Below are positions 33,420-39,175 of a stretch of DNA of 39,175 nt, in pieces (positions within the stretch are counted from its first letter, which is position 1; each line of letters begins with the position of its first letter). This DNA is from Octopus bimaculoides (taxonomy: Eukaryota). The stretch lies in contig NC_068985.1 in the NCBI RefSeq assembly GCF_001194135.2, positions 119,031,204 through 119,070,378 on the forward strand, given 5' to 3'. The notes beneath the pieces were generated by a model. That model was given only the letters and a program-made list of their open reading frames with translations. It did no database searches and was not told where the DNA came from. The position numbers and the translations under genes are program-made.

Positions 33420-34309
33420 TTCACCCCCGCTGCCTCCATCGACACCACCTCCACCATCAAGCCCTAACCCGCTCCTGCAACCAACGTTACATCATCCTCA
33501 CCACCGCATTCATCGTTACCATATTCTTCGCAACCACTGCCAAACAACGCGAAAACAATCATCGTCATCGTGGTCATCAGCANNNNNNNNNNNNNNNNNN
33601 NNNNNNNNNNNNNNNNNNNNNNNNNNNNNNNNNNNNNNNNNNNNNNNNNNNNNNNNNNNNNNNNNNNNNNNNNNNNNNNNNNNNNNNNNNNNNNNNNNNN
33701 NNNNNNNNNNNNNNNNNNNNNNNNNNNNNNNNNNNNNNNNNNNNNNNNNNNNNNNNNNNNNNNNNNNNNNNNNNNNNNNNNNNNNNNNNNNNNNNNNNNN
33801 NNNNNNNNNNNNNNNNNNNNNNNNNNNNNNNNNNNNNNNNNNNNNNNNNNNNNNNNNNNNNNNNNNNNNNNNNNNNNNNNNNNNNNNNNNNNNNNNNNNN
33901 NNNNNNNNNNNNNNNNNNNNNNNNNNNNNNNNNNNNNNNNNNNNNNNNNNNNNNNNNNNNNNNNNNNNNNNNNNNNNNNNNNNNNNNNNNNNNNNNNNNN
34001 NNNNNNNNNNNNNNNNNNNNNNNNNNNNNNNNNNNNNNNNNNNNNNNNNNNNNNNNNNNNNNNNNNNNNNNNNNNNNNNNNNNNNNNNNNNNNNNNNNNN
34101 NNNNNNNNNNNNNNNNNNNNNNNNNNNNNNNNNNNNNNNNNNNNNNNNNNNNNNNNNNNNNNNNNNNNNNNNNNNNNNNNNNNNNNNNNNNNNNNNNNNN
34201 NNNNNNNNNNNNNNNNNNNNNNNNNNNNNNNNNNNNNNNNNNNNNNNNNNNNNNNNNNNNNNNNNNNNNNNNNNNNNNAGCTCAAAACCTGAAATTTTGT
34301 GGAAACTGT

Positions 34310-34390
34310 TAATAATGATGATGAGGAGGAGGAGGAGGAGGAGGAGGAGGGGGAGGAGGACAATGATGATGATGATGATGATGATAACCG
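34310..34390. repeat. (GAT)n/(GAG)n trinucleotide repeats
   Basis: Direct reading. Confidence 0.95.
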
Positions 34391-34644
34391 TCATTGTCGT
34401 CGTAGTCGCTGTCGGCGGTGTTACTTGCCGGCTTTGGCGGGTCCTCTTCTTCCTGCGATCGACGATGCGATGCGAGATGTAGGCGGGAGTGAGAGACTGC
34501 TTCGCTCAAGTAAACCGAGACTATTAAAAGTTGCATCAGAGTGCTTCCTTGTGTAGTGTATGTTGTGAGTGAGCGTGCGTGCGTGTGAGTGTGCGCGCGT
34601 GTTTGCGCATATGTATTACATGTGTGTCGTGCGCGTGTATATAT

Positions 34645-34860
34645 GTGGCAGCTGATGAAGGGGATGTTTCTATGTGGCCTGCTTGTTTGTTGCACCTTGT
34701 TTACCATTTTGTCCTTGTTCTTTTGCCACGTCATGTACCCAGTTATGTATCTATATGTACATGTAGATGAACGTATATACATACATGTACATATATATGC
34801 ATATACTCATATATTGTTTGTATCACGACAAAACGCACGCGTTACCTTTATACAGTAAGT
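34645..34860 (+). mobile_element. Third copy of the gtggcagctgatgaagg repeat family
   Basis: Homology to 27085-27230 (ctatgtggc...cattttgtcc...tgtaccca...atgcatatactcat). Confidence 0.55.
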
Positions 34861-34862
34861 TT

Positions 34863-34898
<36 letters not shown>

Positions 34899-35351
34899 GG
34901 TTGTGTGATGTCCATGTGTATGGATATATGAATGTGTCTGGTTATGTATTGCTATGTGTGTTTATCTGTATGTGTTTGTATATTTGCGTGCGTGTATTTG
35001 CATTTGCGCGCGCGTGTTTTCAAAGATCTGAAGGAAAATTAGATGAGAGAACACACACACACACACATACACAGACACAGACACAGACACAGACACACAC
35101 AAAAGAAGAGAGAAACAGAGAATGAGAGAGATAGGGGGGAGAGGAAATAAAAGAGAGAGGGAGGGAGGTAGAGGAAGAGAAAGAGAAGGGGGAGGGGAGA
35201 GAAAAGAAGAGAACAATGAGAGAAAGCGGATTGTGTGTATGGGCATGTAAAATCGGTGGGATAGGAATACAGCAGAATAAAACATGAATTTGATAGTTTG
35301 CAAGTTAAATGATATAAACTTTCCACATGTGCGCGCACACATACATACACG

Positions 35352-35391
<40 letters not shown>

Positions 35392-35665
35392 CACACACAT
35401 GAGCACAATCTATATGCATAGATGCAACAGCATAAACTACAGAAACTGCTATATATCCCTTCATGCAGATTAGAACAAAAGAAATGGATAGTGGGCCGCT
35501 TAGCATAAGCCTGCTTGAAGTGTTGAACTGGGGTCCTACTCCCTTGTTAGAACCAAAAGGGAGGATTCTATGGTAATNNNNNNNNNNNNNNNNNNNNNNN
35601 NNNNNNNNNNNNNNNNNNNNATATATACACACACAACACACATAAATATATGTACTACATATGTG

Positions 35666-35915
35666 GGAAATTCTTCTGTGGGTGTGTTTGTGGAGTTGTT
35701 AGCTAGCTTCTCCTACATAGTTTTATCGATTTTGATGAAACTTGATGTCTGGAAACCTCATGGCATATTCAGATTGTTGAAAGAAATCGATAATAGAGCC
35801 ACTGGAAGGGATCTTTATATATATCTAATATATATTTCATTTTAACAGTCAAGGGAAATAACCCATTCATTTTCCTAAATCATTTGGTATAAATCAAATT
35901 GAGTATGCTTATTTC
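35666..35915 (-). mobile_element. Truncated copy of the 13117-13955 element
   Basis: Reverse-complement homology to about 13685-13953 (ggaaattc...catagttttatcgattttga...aatcaaattgagtatgcttatttc). Confidence 0.8.
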
Positions 35916-36738
35916 CCTGCGCCCTTGTAGACACAACTCATCTCTGTAAGACACTAGGTCGGTCACACGTGCATAGAGAAAGTTGTTTGTCCCTTACGAT
36001 GCGCCAGCATGCCATACTTTTGCTCCTGCACGGACATATTCAATACTGTCCACTGTATTTGTAATCAATGCACTAGCCTTACTGCCTCAACCTGTTGCAC
36101 ACATGCACACTCATCTCCATTATGCATCTGCTGCCTTGTTTTGCAACACGTCTGCGTCAGCTCAATTCTTCTCCCGACTCAAAGCACGTCGGATGTTCAC
36201 ATGCTCTGCGCTCATGTTTTGACATAATTTCCCCCTGTTATGCCCCTGTTTAGTCACGAAATTAATAGAGAAAATTATCTGTCTCGCACATCACTCCAGC
36301 ATGCTTACACTGTCGTCCTTGCTAATTTAGCGATTAACCACGACAACAGCACCAGACGTACTTCACTTTATAAACACATTCCAGGCATTTCACACACTGC
36401 GACCCTGCATGAAGATCTTTCATCTCACGGATTGAGAATACACTCACTCGCTTACCTGAGCTTATTTTCCAGTGAATATTGGTACGTGCATCTGCACTCC
36501 TGTATACGCCCTCACGCGCGCACACACACGTTCATTTACTGTACTGCCCAGTCACTGACTGCACACATTTTGACACGCAAAGCGACACCGCTGTTCGAAC
36601 TAATCCGAATAGAAAACTATCCTGTATACACTTCAATGGTCCTCTCTCCTGATATGCAAAATTTCTCTTCAACCATGCATTTCTTTCTCCTTCCATCGTT
36701 CGTTTCCTTTCCCGGAACCTCACTGGCGAGGGGAGTGA

Positions 36739-37827
36739 TGTAGTGAATCTTGCAGGTATAAAGTGGATTCGATCCACCATAGTCAAATTTAAATTAACAC
36801 TTCAATAGAACTTTTCTCGCGGAAAAACAATAGTGTTTCTGTTATAGCAGTTTTACATTTGCCAGATTGCCTTAGCTCGGCCGAAATAATGTCTTCACCA
36901 ATTGACCCTTTCTAACCTATTCTACTTTACCAAAAGCTAGAATATCACAGTACCACCAACGAAGCCCATTGGGATCTTTTTTAAAACGGGGGCCACATTT
37001 TTCATTAATGTTTTACGTAGTGTTTTTGGTACCGAAAGACTTTCAAACTTCGTATACTTATCTATTTTGTGTTATAGAACAGAAAAATATTTTTGTATTC
37101 GAATTTATTTCATGTAAAAAATTGTCTTATTTCGATAATTTCAACCAATCACTGACAAGTATTCAGTTGTTTATATTTACTCCTTTGGCTGATTAAGCCA
37201 TAGCTTCGTTTTATTTGCTTTTTTCATTTTAAATTTGCTTTTTTCATTTTCTTTTTTTTTTCTTCGTTTTATTTGCTTTTTTCTTTTTAAATTTGCTGTT
37301 TTACCCTAACCCTAACCCTATCACCGATAGAATTGTTTCAAAATCGTTTGTTTATGTAGTCGGCACTTAATGTATATCGGTTGAATGGACGTCAGTGATT
37401 GGTTGAAATTACAGAAATACGACAACTTTAACATGGAATAACTTAGGGATTTCTTTATTTTTTAAAGAAGACTAAGAGAAAAAGATGTTTTATATGACAC
37501 ATTCTACCAGTGTTCCAAGTTTCAAAGTGTTTCGTTAATGAAAAATGTGGCCCCCGTTTTAAAAAAGATCCGCCCATTGTTCTCAACGATATGTCTATTC
37601 TTCTGGGTAGTTATAAAAGCAAGAATCCCCGAGCGAAGAGACATTCAGTCTGCTTGTGACAACTCAATAAGTTAGCGAATGACAACCGAGTCAGAGACAA
37701 CTATTATCAGTTAGGGGGCGGAACGCTAGAATCATATTCACAATCAAGGCAGCTACTAAAGACAATGGTCAGCAAGGGAAATGAAATTTATTGTCAGCAA
37801 CTGTGAGACAACTCCCACAACCCTACA
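36739..37827 (-). mobile_element. Possible solo LTR 3 hosting the 36972 MITE
   Basis: Termini TGTAG (36739) and CTACA (37823-37827), about 480 bp net of the MITE, with a minus-strand TATA-like tttataac. No TSD match (gtga vs actt). Confidence 0.35.
36972..37571. mobile_element. 600-bp MITE with perfect 37-bp TIRs, 8-bp TSD and an internal (CCCTAA)3 (putative Merlin-type)
   Basis: TIR ggatcttttttaaaacgggggccacatttttcattaa at 36972-37008 and inverted at 37535-37571. TSD gcccattg at 36964-36971 and 37572-37579. accctaaccctaacccta at 37303-37320. Confidence 0.92.
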
Positions 37828-38277
37828 ACTTTCACTGGCTCTATCTTTGTTCTCTTACAACATCTTTCTATCGCTATCGATGGCTGAGGACGTGTACACA
37901 AAACTATACAAAAAAAAAAAAAAAATTCTACCACATCTTTCTTTCGCATGCTCTCGGATTTTTTAACCTGCCCAACGAGGCAAGGTATTTTCAATATAGC
38001 GGTAAATAAATACTTTCTTAAAGCTTCATGCATTGTTTATCTTTCACATCCTACAACATGTCGTTATAACAACAAATTTTTATCGTCACAATTGCTGACT
38101 GAGACATTTCATATCATTGTGTACCTAATCTACCTTAACCGTTTCATATATATATATAAATTTCACGGACCCCAGTACTACCTTTGCGAACCACAGGCTG
38201 GAAACCGCTGGACTAAACCCTGTACGGTTGAAGCAAGTAGAAGATAAAAGATAATATAGACAGACAGCCAGCCAGCC

Positions 38278-38334
<57 letters not shown>

Positions 38335-38335
38335 C
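38278..38335. repeat. (GATA)n microsatellite
   Basis: Direct reading. Confidence 0.95.
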
Positions 38336-38966
38336 ACACACATACGGGCATACATGTGCACATGCATACACACACGCGCGCGCGTGCACACTCAGACATG
38401 TATATGTATAAATGTATTTATGTAAGCATGTATGTATATATTTCTATGCGTATATGTATGAGTGTGTAGGTTGCAGTGACCAAACATCTGTTTATTTCTT
38501 TCTGTGTAACGAAGCGCCCACATACACGCATAAGGCAAATTTTCTCACACTTGCTCGGACATAGGTACACAAACCTCCTCTTACCGTCACCCTACTGTCA
38601 CCACCTCTTTCAAGCAATCAACAGCGCTCTTCTATCCCATGACATTTCATTCACTAAATTACTCCCCTTCGCTCTACTCACGCTATAACTTTCTCACACA
38701 CTCTCTCTATATATATATGTGTGTGTAAGCTTGTGCATGTGTGCGTGTGCAGTGGGTGTATGTGTGTGTGGATGCGTGCGGTGTTTGTGTGTGTACCTAA
38801 CGCTCAGAAACAACTACAAAATATAAAATACATAAATACATACAAATGGATACAGATGCCTTGTTAACTTTTTCCCATCACCGCCATCCGATCAAGCAAC
38901 AGTAACTGTTCTTCCGATCACTTACGCAGACACATTGATACATATAACTATATACACGCAATGATG

Positions 38967-39003
<37 letters not shown>

Positions 39004-39059
39004 ACATACACACACACAAACACATTCACACGCACACGCACACAAACTCACACATTCTT

Positions 39060-39118
39060 TTATTTTTTCTCTTGTTTTAGTCATTTGACTGCGGCCATGC
39101 TGGAGTACCGCCTTAAAG
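39060..39118 (-). mobile_element. SINE family A 3' tail fragment
   Basis: tagtcatttgactgcggccatgctggagtaccgcctt. Confidence 0.7.
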
Positions 39119-39175
39119 ATTATATATATATATATATATATTTATTTAGTGACTACCGTCATATATATATATATA

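Noticed and set aside
25289-34394. Long ORFs (230-360 aa) in the ORF track, also those at 2872-4050 and 10161-11086
   Set aside because: They are open only because they run through N gaps.
38160-38212. hAT/Charlie-like terminal motif (ggaccccag...gaaaccgctg)
   Set aside because: No partner TIR or TSD found.
1-39175. CRISPR array, rRNA or prokaryotic operons
   Set aside because: No regularly spaced direct repeats with unique spacers and no rRNA signatures; the sequence is eukaryotic repeat-rich DNA.

Overview
Eukaryotic, AT-rich, repeat-saturated genomic DNA from a gapped draft assembly: 11 N-runs totalling about 5.1 kb, or about 13% of the window. The SINE/LINE repertoire (tRNA-derived SINEs, RTE, Dong/R4, Tx1/L1, Penelope, dense CA/TA/CATA microsatellites) resembles octopus genomes as I recall them; the species assignment is inference. 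No intact host gene, RNA gene or CRISPR array is supported, and nearly all ORF-track entries are microsatellite translations, N-spanning artefacts or decayed TE frames. The main structure is a nested stack at about 830-7320. A dead Penelope RT/GIY-YIG element was split by a 326-bp MITE built from head-to-head telomeric (TTAGGG)n/(CCCTAA)n arms with an 8-bp TSD, by a solo LTR that was itself split by a Tx1-type LINE, and by a second solo LTR. Every junction has a visible TSD. Other highlights are a second GG-ended, 8-bp-TSD MITE carrying CCCTAA repeats (36972-37571), a near-perfect 358-bp inverted duplication (12759-13116 / 13997-14354), a SINE whose 3' tail matches the Tx1 LINE 3' end, Dong/R4 ends embedded in (CATA)n, and a decayed hammerhead-ribozyme-like motif (27032-27086). 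Family names are from motif recognition only; no database search was run.
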